A stretch of DNA of 64,000 bases from Alphaproteobacteria bacterium (GTDB lineage Bacteria; Pseudomonadota; Alphaproteobacteria; MPNO01). Position numbers and translations under genes: made by a program. The stretch spans positions 2,016,001 to 2,080,000 of the forward strand of contig CBDFLJ010000001.1 in the NCBI GenBank assembly GCA_965248835.1, written 5' to 3'. Below, piece after piece: positions 41,311-54,840 of the stretch. Numbering within the stretch: position 1 is the stretch's first letter; every line of letters starts with the position of its first letter. The notes below the pieces were generated by a model that was given only the letters and a program-made list of their open reading frames with translations, had not been told where the DNA came from and made no database searches.

Positions 41311-42267
41311 ATGAGCCTTACCGTCGCCATTCAGATGGACCCGATCGAATCGGTCGACATCGATGCCGATTCCACGTTCGTGCTGGCGCTGGAGGCGCAG
41401 GCCCGCGGCCACGCCCTGTTCCACTATCTACCGGGCGAGATGTCGTTTCGCGACCACCGGATCTATGCCAAGGCGCGCCCGCTCTCGGTCCGGCGGCAGC
41501 GCGGCGATCACGCGAAGCTTGGGGCGCCCGAGGTTCTGGATCTCGCCGGGGTCGATATCGTCTTGATGCGCCAGGATCCGCCGTTCGACATGGCCTATAT
41601 CACCGCCACGCACCTCCTGGAGCACATCCACCCGCGGACCCTGGTGGTCAACGACCCTTTCCACGTCCGCAACGCGCCCGAAAAGCTGTTCGTCGCCCAT
41701 TTCGAGGGGCTGATGCCGCCGACGCTGATCACCGCGGACCGCGAGGAGATCGTGGCCTTCCGGGCCGAGCATCGCGACATCATCGTCAAACCGCTTTTCG
41801 GCAATGGCGGGGCGGGGGTGTTCCACGTTACGCCGGAGGATGAGAACCTGGGCTCGCTGCTGGAGATGTTCACCGGTATGTACCGCGAGCCGATCATCGT
41901 CCAGCGCTACCTGCCGGAGATCCGCCGGGGCGACAAGCGCATCATCCTGGTCGACGGCGAGCCGGCCGGCGGGGTGAGCCGGATCCCGCCGGACGGCGAG
42001 GCGCGGGCCAACTTCCACGCCGGCGGCGCGCCGCAAAAGGCCGATCTGACCACGCGCGAGCGCGACATCTGTGCGGCCATCGGCCCCGCGCTGCGCGACC
42101 GCGGCCTGGTCTTCGTCGGTATCGACGTGATCGGCGATTACCTGACCGAGATCAACGTCACCTCGCCGACCGGCATCCAGGAAATCAATCGCCTGGACGG
42201 CGTCCGGATCGAGGCGATGATCTGGGACGCCATTGAACGCCGCGTGGACGCCGCACGAACGGCGTAG
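41311..42267 (+). CDS. gshB: Glutathione synthetase
   Basis: [26 protein letters not shown] and EINVTSPTG. Confidence 0.97.
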   Translation: MSLTVAIQMDPIESVDIDADSTFVLALEAQARGHALFHYLPGEMSFRDHRIYAKARPLSVRRQRGDHAKLGAPEVLDLAGVDIVLMRQDPPFDMAYITATHLLEHIHPRTLVVNDPFHVRNAPEKLFVAHFEGLMPPTLITADREEIVAFRAEHRDIIVKPLFGNGGAGVFHVTPEDENLGSLLEMFTGMYREPIIVQRYLPEIRRGDKRIILVDGEPAGGVSRIPPDGEARANFHAGGAPQKADLTTRERDICAAIGPALRDRGLVFVGIDVIGDYLTEINVTSPTGIQEINRLDGVRIEAMIWDAIERRVDAARTA

Positions 42268-42326
42268 CGGCCGGTCCCGGCTCGCCTCATCACCCCTGGA
42301 TTGATAGGATCGGCGCCCGGTCACGC

Positions 42327-43856
42327 ATGGTGAGAAGCGAGAGTCCTTTGGTTGCCCGCGTCCACACCGCCGCATTCCAAGGGATCGAGGTCCTCGATAT
42401 CGAAGTCCAGGTCCAGGTGGCGAGCGGGTTGCCGGCGTTCACGATCGTCGGGTTGCCGGACAAGGCGGTCGTGGAGTCGCGCGAGCGGGTGCGCGCGGCC
42501 CTGGTCTCGATCGGGCTTGCGCTGCCGCCCCGGCGGATCACGGTCAACCTGTCGCCGGCCGACGTGCTGAAGGAAGGCAGTCATTTCGACCTGCCGATCG
42601 CGCTCGCCGTGCTGATCGCGATGGAGGTTCTGCCGTCGGATGCCGCCGACGGCTACACCGTGCTCGGCGAGCTCGCGCTCGACGGATCGATCCGCCCGGT
42701 TGCGGGCGTTCTGCTGGCCGCAATGGGGGCCGCCGCGCAGGACCGCGGGATCATCTGCCCGGCGTCGGCCGGCGGGGAGGCCGCCTTCGCCGGCGAGATC
42801 GACGTGCTGGCGCCCGAGGGGCTGATCCAACTGGTGAACCATTACAAGGGCGTCCAGGTGCTCACCCCGCCCGAGCCGCGGCTTGCCGAGCCCGACGCCG
42901 CGACCTCCGATCTGCGCGACATCAAAGGCCAGGAATCCGCCAAGCGCGCGCTCGAGATCGCGGCCTCGGGAGGCCACAACCTGCTGATGATCGGCCCGCC
43001 GGGCGCCGGGAAGTCGATGCTGGCAGCCCGCCTCCCCGGCATCCTGCCGCCGCTCGACGCCGCCGAGACGCTGGAGATCTCGATGATCCATTCGGTTGCC
43101 GGCGCGATCACCGACGGAACGCTGTCGCGCACCCGGCCATTCCGCGACCCGCACCATTCGGCCTCGGTCGCCGCGATCGTCGGCGGCGGCACCCGCGCGC
43201 GCCCAGGCGAGGTCTCGCTCGCCCATAACGGGGTGCTGTTCCTCGATGAGCTGCCGGAGTTCAGCCGCGCCGCGCTGGAGGCGCTGCGCCAGCCGATCGA
43301 GTCGGGCCAGGCGGTGATCGCACGCGCCAACGCGCACGTGCGCTACCCCGCGCGGTTCCAGCTCGTTGCCGCGATGAACCCCTGTCGGTGCGGCTGGCTC
43401 GACGATCCGGGCCAGGCCTGCAGCCGCGCGCCGCGCTGTGCGACGGACTACCAGGCGCGGATCTCCGGGCCGTTGTTCGACCGCATCGAGATGCATATCG
43501 ACGTGCCGGCCGTCAGCCCTGCCGACCTCGACCTGCCGCCGCCGGCCGAGGGCTCGGCCGAGATCGCCGCCCGCGTGACCGCGGCCCGCGCGGTCCAGGC
43601 CGCGCGCTACGACGGCGAGGGGATCCGCACCAATGCCGAGGCCGAGGGCGAGCGCCTGGAAGAAGCCGCCGCGCCCGAAGCCGACGGCCGCAAGCTGCTG
43701 GTCGAAGCGGCCGAGCGTCTCAGGCTCACCGCGCGCGGTTACCACCGCGTGATGCGCGTTGCGCGGACCATCGCCGATCTCGACGGCGCCGAGACCGTCC
43801 GCCGCCCGCACGTCGCCGAGGCGCTAAGCTATCGCCGCATCGCACCGGGGCGGTGA
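42327..43856 (+). CDS. comM: YifB/ComM Mg-chelatase-like AAA ATPase
   Basis: IVGLPD..V.ESRERV, GPPGAGKSMLA, PGEVSLAHNGVLFLDE and AMNPCRCG. Confidence 0.93.
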   Translation: MVRSESPLVARVHTAAFQGIEVLDIEVQVQVASGLPAFTIVGLPDKAVVESRERVRAALVSIGLALPPRRITVNLSPADVLKEGSHFDLPIALAVLIAMEVLPSDAADGYTVLGELALDGSIRPVAGVLLAAMGAAAQDRGIICPASAGGEAAFAGEIDVLAPEGLIQLVNHYKGVQVLTPPEPRLAEPDAATSDLRDIKGQESAKRALEIAASGGHNLLMIGPPGAGKSMLAARLPGILPPLDAAETLEISMIHSVAGAITDGTLSRTRPFRDPHHSASVAAIVGGGTRARPGEVSLAHNGVLFLDELPEFSRAALEALRQPIESGQAVIARANAHVRYPARFQLVAAMNPCRCGWLDDPGQACSRAPRCATDYQARISGPLFDRIEMHIDVPAVSPADLDLPPPAEGSAEIAARVTAARAVQAARYDGEGIRTNAEAEGERLEEAAAPEADGRKLLVEAAERLRLTARGYHRVMRVARTIADLDGAETVRRPHVAEALSYRRIAPGR

Positions 43857-43908
43857 CATATGAGCTTCCGCAAGCCCCGGGGCCGGTCCGGCTCGTTGGG
43901 GACAGGCT

Positions 43909-44961
43909 CTATCGCCAGCCAACACTGTCGAAGATCTTGACCGCCTTGGCGTTGTTCTCGCCCAGCACCCTGAGCGCGAGCCCGTCGCCGTTGAATTCGC
44001 CCAGCGCGGCGAGGGCGGCGGAGGGCGAGATGCCCTCGCGGACCGGGAACTCGTGGCCTACGGTGGCATAGATGCGCTGGGCCTCGGGACCGGCGAGGTA
44101 TTCGATCAGGCGCACCGCGTTATCCCGGTTTTTGGCATGCTTGGTGACGGCCGCGCCGCTGATGTTGAGATGGACGCCGCGGCCCCGCTGGTTGGGCCAG
44201 AACAGCTTGACCTTGGCGACGACCTCCTTGTCGCGCCGCTTGGTCGAGGTCATCAGACGCACATAGTAGTAATGGTTGGCGATCGCCACGCCGCCGACGC
44301 CCGCGGCCAGCCCGCGGAGTTGGTCGGTATCCCCGCCCTGCGGCTTGCGGGCGAGGTTTGCGACCATCCCGCGCGCCCAGGCCTCGGCCGCCGCGGCGCC
44401 GTGATGGTGGATCAGCGAGGCCAGCAGCGACTGGTTGTAGATGTTCGATGAGGACCGGATCAGGATGCGGCCCTTCCATGCCGCGTCCGCAAGCGCCTCA
44501 TAGCTCGACAGGTCGGCCGGCTTGACCCGGTCGACGGCGTAGAACAGCGCACGCGCGCGAACACCGAGCCCGAACCAGTAGCCGTCGGGGTCGCGGTAGC
44601 GTGCCGGGATCGAGCGCGTGAGCACGTCCGAGCGCACCGCCTGGAGGATCGCCATGCGTTTGGCGCGGACCAGTCGGCCGGCATCGACGGTCAACAGGAC
44701 GTCGGCCGGCGTGTTGCGCCCCTCGGCCTTGATTCGTTGGGCCAACGCGTCGGCCTTTCCCGTCACCAAATTGTAGCCGATGCCTGTCGCCGCTCCGAAG
44801 GCGTCGAGCTGCGGCTTGATAAGCCGCTCCTTGCGGTAGGAGTAGATGTTAACCTCGCCCGCGCACGCCGCGATGTCGCCGGCAAGCATTGCCGCGCTTG
44901 CGGCCACCAGCAACGAAGCGGCGCATCGGACACCCCGTGGGAACGACCCAATCGCGTTCAT
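43909..44961 (-). CDS. Fe(III) ABC substrate-binding protein (FutA/AfuA-like), no adjacent permease
   Basis: VNIYSYR, PADV..TVDAGRL, RSS.NIYNQSL, GGDTDQ and tandem-Tyr ligand motif NHYY. Confidence 0.9.
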   Translation of the reverse strand: MNAIGSFPRGVRCAASLLVAASAAMLAGDIAACAGEVNIYSYRKERLIKPQLDAFGAATGIGYNLVTGKADALAQRIKAEGRNTPADVLLTVDAGRLVRAKRMAILQAVRSDVLTRSIPARYRDPDGYWFGLGVRARALFYAVDRVKPADLSSYEALADAAWKGRILIRSSSNIYNQSLLASLIHHHGAAAAEAWARGMVANLARKPQGGDTDQLRGLAAGVGGVAIANHYYYVRLMTSTKRRDKEVVAKVKLFWPNQRGRGVHLNISGAAVTKHAKNRDNAVRLIEYLAGPEAQRIYATVGHEFPVREGISPSAALAALGEFNGDGLALRVLGENNAKAVKIFDSVGWR

Positions 44962-44993
44962 CCTGTCAACCTCCGAACCATCAGAAAACGTAG

Positions 44994-45025
44994 TTGCAAA
45001 TGCGAATGACTTGCAGTCGCAATTT
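44994..45025. promoter_or_regulatory. Candidate Fur-type iron box
   Basis: TTGCAAATGCGAATGACTTGCAGTCGCAATTT shows overlapping TGCnA-N5-TnGCA dyads immediately upstream of the Fe(III)-binding protein gene. Confidence 0.55.
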
Positions 45026-45141
45026 ATCGCCACGCCGCCCCCACAGCAAGACCGCCGCGCGCCTTTGCGCGGTTCCGCGACGTTTCGCCGCACCTTGCAA
45101 CGCCGGCCGGCGGAGCCCCCAGAACTTGTTCCGAACAAGCC

Positions 45142-47934
<2,793 letters not shown>

Positions 47935-48013
47935 CGCCCCTTCCCGCCGAATGGCCTGGACAAGCCCGGAGGATGCTAGATGGCCCGGCCCGTGTCGAGA
48001 CCGCGCCGCGGTG

Positions 48014-49285
48014 TCAGGGCGCGTTCCGTGCGAGCACGCTGCCGACCAGGTAGAGCGAGCCGCAGATCAGGATCCGCGAAGGCGTCGGATCCTCGCGTGC
48101 GATCGCGGTGACCGCTTCGGCCACGTCGGCGTGTGCCGAGGCCGGCACGCCCAACGCCGAGCCCGCGGCAACCAGGGTGTCCGGGCTGTGGCATTCGGCG
48201 GCGCCGGGAATCGGCACTGCCCGCAGCGAGCGGGCGTGGCGGGCGAGCGGGATCAGGAACTCCGCCGGCGGCCGGTTGGCGAGATGGCCCATCACGATGT
48301 GGAGCGGACGGTCGCCCCATCCGCGCGCGACCTCGGCAAGCGCCGCACCGGCGGCCCCGTTATGGCCGCCATCGAGCCACAGCTCGTGCCGCGGCCCGGC
48401 CTTGCGGGGCAGGCTGCCCTCCGGCAGGTGCTGGAGCCGACCCGGCCAGCGCGCCGCGGCGATGCCCTCGGCGATCGCCTCGACCGCGATCTTCGGCGCG
48501 GGCAGGGCTCGGACCGCCGCCGCAGAGAGCGCCGCGTTGGCGCGCTGGTGCGGGCCGAACAATCCCGGGGCAGGCAGGTCCAGCGCCAGCGTGCCGTCGC
48601 TATAGGTCGTTGCGGAATGGCACCACTCCCGTCCGTGCCGACGCAGCGGCGCGCCGACCTCGGCCGCGCGCGCGGCGATCACCGCCGCGGCTTCCTCGGT
48701 CTGCTCGCCGATCACCGCGGTGACGCCGGGCTTCAGGATGCCGGCCTTCTCGAAGGCGATCGCAGCGATCGTCTCGCCCAGGAAGCGCGTGTGATCGCGC
48801 GAGACCGGGGTGATGATCGACAGCACCGGGTCGTCCAGCACGTTGGTCGCATCGAACCGGCCGCCCAGCCCGGTCTCGACCAGCGCGAGGTCCGCAGCGC
48901 TGCGTGACATCGCAAGCAACCCCGCCGCCGTCGTGATCTCGAAGAACGTGATCGGCTGGTTCCGGTTGGCGCGCTCGCATTCGGCCAGGATCTCGCCCAG
49001 CAAATCGTCCTCGATCGGCCGGCCGCCGAGCACGATGCGCTCGTTGAACCGGACCAGATGGGGCGAGGTGTAGGCATGGACCGAAAGCCCGGCCGCTCGG
49101 CAAATCGCCGCCAGGAAGGCGATCACCGAGCCCTTGCCGTTGGTGCCCGCGATATGGATCACCGGCGGCAGCCGGTCCTCGGGGCGGTCGAGCGCATCGA
49201 GCAGGCGCCGGATGCGCTCCAGGCTCAGGTCGATGAGCTTGGGATGCAGACGGGTAAGCCGTTGCAGGACGGGCTCACTCGCCAA
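48014..49285 (-). CDS. folC: Folylpolyglutamate/dihydrofolate synthase
   Basis: HIAGTNGKGS, YTSPHL..FNERI, ETGLGGRFDATN, DGGHN and CGSLYL; the TTG start is inferred. Confidence 0.95.
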   Translation of the reverse strand: MASEPVLQRLTRLHPKLIDLSLERIRRLLDALDRPEDRLPPVIHIAGTNGKGSVIAFLAAICRAAGLSVHAYTSPHLVRFNERIVLGGRPIEDDLLGEILAECERANRNQPITFFEITTAAGLLAMSRSAADLALVETGLGGRFDATNVLDDPVLSIITPVSRDHTRFLGETIAAIAFEKAGILKPGVTAVIGEQTEEAAAVIAARAAEVGAPLRRHGREWCHSATTYSDGTLALDLPAPGLFGPHQRANAALSAAAVRALPAPKIAVEAIAEGIAAARWPGRLQHLPEGSLPRKAGPRHELWLDGGHNGAAGAALAEVARGWGDRPLHIVMGHLANRPPAEFLIPLARHARSLRAVPIPGAAECHSPDTLVAAGSALGVPASAHADVAEAVTAIAREDPTPSRILICGSLYLVGSVLARNAP

Positions 49286-50255
49286 CGGCTGCGCCCGGGG
49301 CATCCTCGACGGGTTCTTCGGCGGTCTCCGCTGCCTCGACCTCCTGCGCCGGCGCGTCGTCCGCGCCGGGCTCATCGGACGGCTCCGCGCCGGTCTGCGG
49401 CACGGCCGCGGTCTTGTTCATCAACAGATCGACCACATCGATCAGCGTCTCGCGCAGGTCCGTCCGGGGCACCACCATATCGACCATTCCGTGCTCGAGC
49501 AGATACTCGGCTCTCTGGAAGCCCTCAGGCAGGGTCTCGCGGATGGTCTCCTCGATCACCCGCCGGCCGGCGAAGCCGATCAGCGCGCCCGGCTCGGCCA
49601 AGGCGATGTCGCCCAGCATGGCGAACGACGCCGACACGCCGCCGGTGGTGGGATCGGCCAGGACGACGATGAAGGGCAAGCCGGCCTCCCTGACCCGCTG
49701 CACCCCGATGGTCGAGCGCGGCATCTGCATCAGCGACAGGATGCCTTCCTGCATCCGCGCACCGCCCGAGGACGGGAAGACGATCAGCGCGGCGCCATCG
49801 GCCACCGCGCGGTCCGCCGCGGCAACGATGCCGTTGCCGACCGCGATGCCCATCGAGCCGCCCATGAACTGGAAGTCGAAAGCCGCGAGCACCGCCGGGT
49901 TGCCGCCCAGGCTGCCGGCAGCAACAGTGATCGCATCCCGGGCGCCGGAGGACGAACGGCTGTCGCGCAGCCGTTCGGAATAGCGCTTGCGGTCGCGGAA
50001 GCGCAGCGGGTCGACATTGCAGGGCGGCAGGTCGACCAGCGTCCAGCTATCGGCATCGAGTATCGACACGATGCGCTTTTGCGCATCCAGCCGCATGTGG
50101 TGGTCGCAGTGGGGGCACACGTTGAGCGTCAGCTCGAGCTCGCGATGAAAGATCATCTGTTCGCAGGCCGGGCATTGCGACCAGAGGTTTTCGGGAATCT
50201 CCGGCTTTTTGACCAGCGCCCGGATCTTGGGAGGGATGTTGGTAAGCCAGCTCAT
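49275..50255 (-). CDS. accD: Acetyl-CoA carboxylase carboxyltransferase beta subunit
   Basis: C4 zinc ribbon, FMGGSMG, SGGARMQEG and PTTGGV.ASF. Confidence 0.97.
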   Translation of the reverse strand: MSWLTNIPPKIRALVKKPEIPENLWSQCPACEQMIFHRELELTLNVCPHCDHHMRLDAQKRIVSILDADSWTLVDLPPCNVDPLRFRDRKRYSERLRDSRSSSGARDAITVAAGSLGGNPAVLAAFDFQFMGGSMGIAVGNGIVAAADRAVADGAALIVFPSSGGARMQEGILSLMQMPRSTIGVQRVREAGLPFIVVLADPTTGGVSASFAMLGDIALAEPGALIGFAGRRVIEETIRETLPEGFQRAEYLLEHGMVDMVVPRTDLRETLIDVVDLLMNKTAAVPQTGAEPSDEPGADDAPAQEVEAAETAEEPVEDAPGAAVGE

Positions 50256-50281
50256 CGATCGATGCTCTCACCCTGCCGTCG

Positions 50282-51124
50282 TCACCCGCCGCGGGCGGGG
50301 CCATGGACGCCCTGGGCCAGCGTGCGCACGAAGTCGGCCACCGCCTGCGCGCATGACGGTCGCGCCCTGCCGGCCTCATCCAGGCTCTGCGCGATGCGCT
50401 CGACGATCGCCGAACCGACCACCACGGCATCGGCGACGGCGGCGATCTCGGCGGCCTGTTCGGGGCTGCGGACGCCGAATCCGACCGCGACGGGCAACGG
50501 CGACGCGGCGCGGATGCGCGCCAGCCCGCGCTCGACCTCGCCGCGCACGGCCGACTTGGTGCCGGTGATGCCGGTCACCGAGACGTAATAGATGAATCCG
50601 TCGCAGTTTACCAAGATTTGGTGAAGCCGGGCTTCGTCGGTGGTCGGCGCGACCAGGCGGATCACCGCGAGCCCTGCCGCCCGTGCCGGCGCGCGCAGGC
50701 AGGCGTCCTCTTCCGGCGGCAGGTCGACCACGATCAGCCCGTCGACCCCGGAAGCGGCGGCGTCGGCGAGGAACGCCTCGGTTCCATAGCGGTGGATCGG
50801 GTTGAAATAGCCCATCAGCACCAGCGGGGTGGACTGATCGGATCGCCGGAAGTCGCCCACCATCGACAGGGTGCGCGCCATGGTCTGGCCGGCCGCCAAC
50901 GCCCGGTCGCCGGCATGCTGGATCGACGGGCCGTCGGCCATCGGGTCGCTGAACGGCATGCCGATCTCGATCAGGTCGGCGCCCGCCTCAGGCAGCCGGG
51001 CGAGGATCGCCGCCGAGGTCTCCGCGTCGGGATCGCCGGCGGTCACGAACGGGATAAAGGCCGCCCGTCCTTCGGCTCTCAGGGCCGAAAAGCGTTGGGC
51101 GATGCGTGCGGCACCGGCGGTCAC
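50282..51124 (-). CDS. trpA: Tryptophan synthase alpha
   Basis: [20 protein letters not shown] and VGFG. Confidence 0.97.
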   Translation of the reverse strand: MTAGAARIAQRFSALRAEGRAAFIPFVTAGDPDAETSAAILARLPEAGADLIEIGMPFSDPMADGPSIQHAGDRALAAGQTMARTLSMVGDFRRSDQSTPLVLMGYFNPIHRYGTEAFLADAAASGVDGLIVVDLPPEEDACLRAPARAAGLAVIRLVAPTTDEARLHQILVNCDGFIYYVSVTGITGTKSAVRGEVERGLARIRAASPLPVAVGFGVRSPEQAAEIAAVADAVVVGSAIVERIAQSLDEAGRARPSCAQAVADFVRTLAQGVHGPARGG

Positions 51125-52359
51125 AGAGACACCCCCAGCGCTTCGGCAACGGTGAAGACGTCCTTGTCGCCGCGCCCGCACATATTCATGACCAGCAGGT
51201 GATCGGCGGGCAGCGCAGGTGCGATCCGCGCCACATGGGCCAGCGCGTGGGCGGGCTCCAGCGCGGGCAGAATACCCTCCAGCCGGCTGCAGAGCTGGAA
51301 GGCCTCCAGCGCCTGCGCATCGGTCACCGAGACATAGCTGACCCGCCCGAGGTCATGCAGCCAGGCATGCTCCGGCCCGACGCCGGGATAGTCGAGCCCG
51401 GCGGAGATCGAATGAGCCTCCTGGATCTGGCCGTCGTCGTCCTGCAGCAGATAGGTCCGGTTGCCGTGCAGCACACCCGGTCTGCCGGCGGTGAGCGAGG
51501 CGGCGTGGCGGCCGGATTCCAGGCCGAGACCGGCCGCCTCGACCGCGTCGATACGGATGTCCGGCTCGTCGAGGAAGGGATGGAACAGGCCCATCGCGTT
51601 CGATCCGCCGCCGATGCAGGCAACCAGCGTATCGGGCAACCGGCCCTCGGCGGCGATGATCTGCTCGCGCACCTCCCTGCCGATCACCGACTGAAAGTCG
51701 CGCACCATCTCGGGATAGGGGTGCGGGCCGGCAACGGTGCCGATCACGTAGAACGTGTCCTCGACGTTGGCGACCCAGTCGCGCAGGGTTTCGTTCATCG
51801 CGTCCTTGAGCGTCCGGCTGCCCGAGGTGACCGGCACGACTTCGGCACCGAGGAGCTTCATGCGGAAGACGTTGGGCGCCTGGCGCACGATATCGGTCTC
51901 ACCCATGTAGACCGTGCAAGGCAGATCGAACAGCGCGCAGACCGTTGCTGTAGCGACCCCGTGCTGACCGGCGCCGGTCTCTGCGATGATCCGTGTCTTG
52001 CCCATGCGCCGGGCGAGCAGGATCTGGCCCATGGTGTTGTTGATCTTGTGCGCGCCGGTGTGGTTGAGCTCGTCGCGCTTGAAATAGATCTTCGCCCCGC
52101 CCAAATGCTCGCTCAGCCGCCTTGCATGGTATAGTGGGCTCGGCCGGCCGACATAATGGGCGAGGTAGTAAGAGAGCTCGACCGCGAAGTCCGGGTCCGC
52201 CTGGACATCCCGGTAGGCGCGCTCGACCTCCAGGACGAGCGGCATGAGGGTTTCGGCGACATAGCGGCCGCCGAACGGTCCGAAATGGCCCTCGGCGTCG
52301 GGCCCGTCGCGATAGGTGTTGCGGCTCTCCATCGGCTGATCCGTTCCGCCGGGGCTCAA
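51121..52359 (-). CDS. trpB: Tryptophan synthase beta (start may instead be 52332)
   Basis: [23 protein letters not shown] and GRGDKD. Confidence 0.98.
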   Translation of the reverse strand: MSPGGTDQPMESRNTYRDGPDAEGHFGPFGGRYVAETLMPLVLEVERAYRDVQADPDFAVELSYYLAHYVGRPSPLYHARRLSEHLGGAKIYFKRDELNHTGAHKINNTMGQILLARRMGKTRIIAETGAGQHGVATATVCALFDLPCTVYMGETDIVRQAPNVFRMKLLGAEVVPVTSGSRTLKDAMNETLRDWVANVEDTFYVIGTVAGPHPYPEMVRDFQSVIGREVREQIIAAEGRLPDTLVACIGGGSNAMGLFHPFLDEPDIRIDAVEAAGLGLESGRHAASLTAGRPGVLHGNRTYLLQDDDGQIQEAHSISAGLDYPGVGPEHAWLHDLGRVSYVSVTDAQALEAFQLCSRLEGILPALEPAHALAHVARIAPALPADHLLVMNMCGRGDKDVFTVAEALGVSL

Positions 52360-53003
52360 AGCGCCGCCACCGCGGCGAGAAAGGCCGCGACCCTGGCGGG
52401 GTCCTTCACGCCCGGCGCGACCTCGACGCCGGAAGATACATCAACCGCCGGCGCGCCGCTGGTGCGCACCGCCTCGGCCACGTTCTCCGGCGTCAGCCCG
52501 CCGGACAGCATCCACGGCCAGGACCGGTCCCGCCCGCCAAGGATGCGCCAGTCGAAGCTCAATGCGTTGCCCCCCGGCATGAAATCGCCGCCCGAGGCGG
52601 GCGCCTTGGCGTCGAACAGCAGCCTGTCGGCAACCCCGGCATAGCTCTCGGCGAGCGCAAGGTCCTCGGCGGCCGAGACCTTGATCGCCTTCATCACCGG
52701 GCGTCCGGTACGCCGCTTGATCTCGGCCACGCGCGCAGGGCTTTCGCTGCCGTGGAGTTGCAAGAGGTCGAGCCGGACGGTCTCCAGCATCGCCTCCAGC
52801 GCTTCGTCCGGCGGGTCGACGAACAGCCCGACGACGGTCATCTCCCGCGGCGCGGCGGCGGCGAGGAGCGCCGCCTCCTCAGCGCTGACATTGCGCGGGG
52901 ATCTGGGAAAGAACACCAGCCCGATCTCGGCCGCGCCATGGGCGACGGCGGCTTGCAGGATTTCCGGCCGGCGCACGCCGCAGATCTTCGCGCTCACGGC
53001 CAT
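52356..53003 (-). CDS. trpF: Phosphoribosylanthranilate isomerase
   Basis: KICG, QLHGSE, LSGGL.PENV and DVSSGVE. Confidence 0.96.
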   Translation of the reverse strand: MAVSAKICGVRRPEILQAAVAHGAAEIGLVFFPRSPRNVSAEEAALLAAAAPREMTVVGLFVDPPDEALEAMLETVRLDLLQLHGSESPARVAEIKRRTGRPVMKAIKVSAAEDLALAESYAGVADRLLFDAKAPASGGDFMPGGNALSFDWRILGGRDRSWPWMLSGGLTPENVAEAVRTSGAPAVDVSSGVEVAPGVKDPARVAAFLAAVAAL

Positions 53004-53116
53004 CACGCCGCCGCCTCGCGCGCGGGCTCCGCCGTGGTGAGGTCCTCCAGCGCTGTGCAGGGTGCGCGGAAAGCCGTGCGCGCGCCGTCGATCTCTTCGG
53101 CGGAGATGTAACGCAT
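53003..53116 (-). pseudogene. 37-aa relic of an ornithine cyclodeaminase/mu-crystallin family gene
   Basis: MRYISAEEIDGARTAFRAPCTALEDLTTAEPAREAAA*: an OCD-like start (M..I.A.E) and OCD-like end (ALEDL..A) joined together; TGATG coupling to trpF. Confidence 0.55.
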
Positions 53117-53125
53117 CGGTCCGGC

Positions 53126-53491
53126 TTACCGGGCCCGCGAGCGCAGGCCAAGCCTGGGTATCAGGCTCCTGGGCAGCGCGACCGCCCGGGTGGCCGGGCC
53201 GCCGGCCTGGGCCGATTGCTCCTGCGCGCTCGACAGCTCGCGGGCAAGCGCGCTCGCCTTGCGCTCGCCCACCCGCGCCTTGCGGCGCCATCTGGTATCG
53301 GAGAGCCACTGCACCAAGCCGCCGATCAGCACGCCGATCACCAGCGCGCCCAGCACCGCCAGATAGACCGGCAGATCGACCGCGAACGGCAGCGGCCACA
53401 GCTCCAGCGTGACCGGTTGCCGGTTCGCCACAGCGAAAACGATGACGATCGCGGCAACCGGGATGAAGACGAGCCTGGAGAGAAGCTTCAT
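53126..53491 (-). CDS. lapA: LapA-domain (DUF1049) membrane protein
   Basis: FAVANR..V.L.LWP, two TM helices and a coiled tail; follows ihfB. Confidence 0.82.
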   Translation of the reverse strand: MKLLSRLVFIPVAAIVIVFAVANRQPVTLELWPLPFAVDLPVYLAVLGALVIGVLIGGLVQWLSDTRWRRKARVGERKASALARELSSAQEQSAQAGGPATRAVALPRSLIPRLGLRSRAR

Positions 53492-53531
53492 CCGCGGCCT
53501 AGCGCGCGTCCGGCGCCCGGCAGCGGTCGGT

Positions 53532-53816
53532 TCAGGGCTGGGTGTTCAGCCGGTCGCGCAGGTCTCTGCCGGCCTTGAAGAAGGGGACATGCTTCTGCTC
53601 GACCGCGACCGACTCGCCGGTCCGCGGGTTGCGGCCGATGCGGGCGGCGCGCGCCTTGACCGAGAACGCGCCGAAGCCGCGCAGCTCGACCCTGTCGCCG
53701 CGCGAAAGCGCGCCGGAAATCTCCTCGAAGATGGTCGAGACGATGCGTTCCACGTCGCGCTGGTAGAGATGGGGGTTGCGTTCCGCCAAGCGCTGGATCA
53801 GCTCGGACTTGGTCAT
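53532..53816 (-). CDS. ihfB: Integration host factor beta
   Basis: [18 protein letters not shown] and GRNPRTG. Confidence 0.97.
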   Translation of the reverse strand: MTKSELIQRLAERNPHLYQRDVERIVSTIFEEISGALSRGDRVELRGFGAFSVKARAARIGRNPRTGESVAVEQKHVPFFKAGRDLRDRLNTQP

Positions 53817-53885
53817 CGTGGATCGCGCCCCCGCCCCGCTCTGCGTGCCGCCGCCATGGTGCCGCACGGCCGTCCTGAAGAGACA

Positions 53886-54797
53886 TCAACGCGACCAAGG
53901 GTGCCAGACCGACACGAGACCGTCAAGGGTAAGCCGTTCAGAGAAAATCGTTTTTTCACCCAGCGCGGTCGCACGCCGGAGCATGTCGGCGAACCTTTTC
54001 CGGTCTTGGACATCGCGTACGGGAAGGTCCTCGGCCAGACCCTTGGTGTGCTCCAGCCAAGCGACCGCCTCGTCCTCGCCGCCGATCGCATCGATGAGCT
54101 TTGCCTCCAGCGCGCGGCGGCCGGAATAGACCCGGCCGTCGCCGACCCGGGCCAGCGCCTCGCCACCGAGCTTGCGCCGCTCGCCCACCATGTCGAGGAA
54201 CATCTTATGGGAGTCCGCGATCATCTCGCGCAGTGCGGCGCGGACCGGCTCGGTCATCGGCTCGAACGGTGAGGGGGTGGCCTTGAGCGGGCCGCTCTTG
54301 ATCGCCTCGGCCGAGATCCCGAGCTTGTTCAGCAGGCCGGAGATCTCGGTCGTCTGCATGACCACGCCGACGGAGCCGGTGATCGTCCCCTCGCGGGCGT
54401 AGACCCGGTCGGCTGCGATTGCCGTCATGTATCCTGCCGAGGTTGCGATCTCGCCCATGACCGCGACCACCGGCTTGGACTTCGCGACCGCTCGGAGGGC
54501 GCGGTGAAGCGCCTCGCCGCCGACCACCGAGCCGCCGGGGCTGTCGATATGGAGGATCAGAGCCTCCGCATCGCCGTCTTCGGCGATCTGGGCAAGGGTT
54601 TCGCGGCGCGTTCTGTCGTCGCTGATGATCCCGTCGACCGCGTAGCGCGCGATATAGGCGCCACCCGACAGCCCGTTGAACCGGCCGACCGCGGCCACTG
54701 CCGCGCCCGCCAAGGCGACGATCGCCAGCGCCCGCCACCACGACAGCCGCCTCGCAAGGCGGCGCCGGTCGAGAAGAAAATCGCCATCGATCGACAT
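53886..54797 (-). CDS. sppA: Signal peptide peptidase SppA (short form)
   Basis: IDSPGG, KPVVA, A.SAGY and TGSVGV. Confidence 0.93.
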   Translation of the reverse strand: MSIDGDFLLDRRRLARRLSWWRALAIVALAGAAVAAVGRFNGLSGGAYIARYAVDGIISDDRTRRETLAQIAEDGDAEALILHIDSPGGSVVGGEALHRALRAVAKSKPVVAVMGEIATSAGYMTAIAADRVYAREGTITGSVGVVMQTTEISGLLNKLGISAEAIKSGPLKATPSPFEPMTEPVRAALREMIADSHKMFLDMVGERRKLGGEALARVGDGRVYSGRRALEAKLIDAIGGEDEAVAWLEHTKGLAEDLPVRDVQDRKRFADMLRRATALGEKTIFSERLTLDGLVSVWHPWSR

Positions 54798-54840
54798 GAT
54801 CAACCCGTGCCGCGGCGATCATGCGGTCCGGCGGGCGGGC

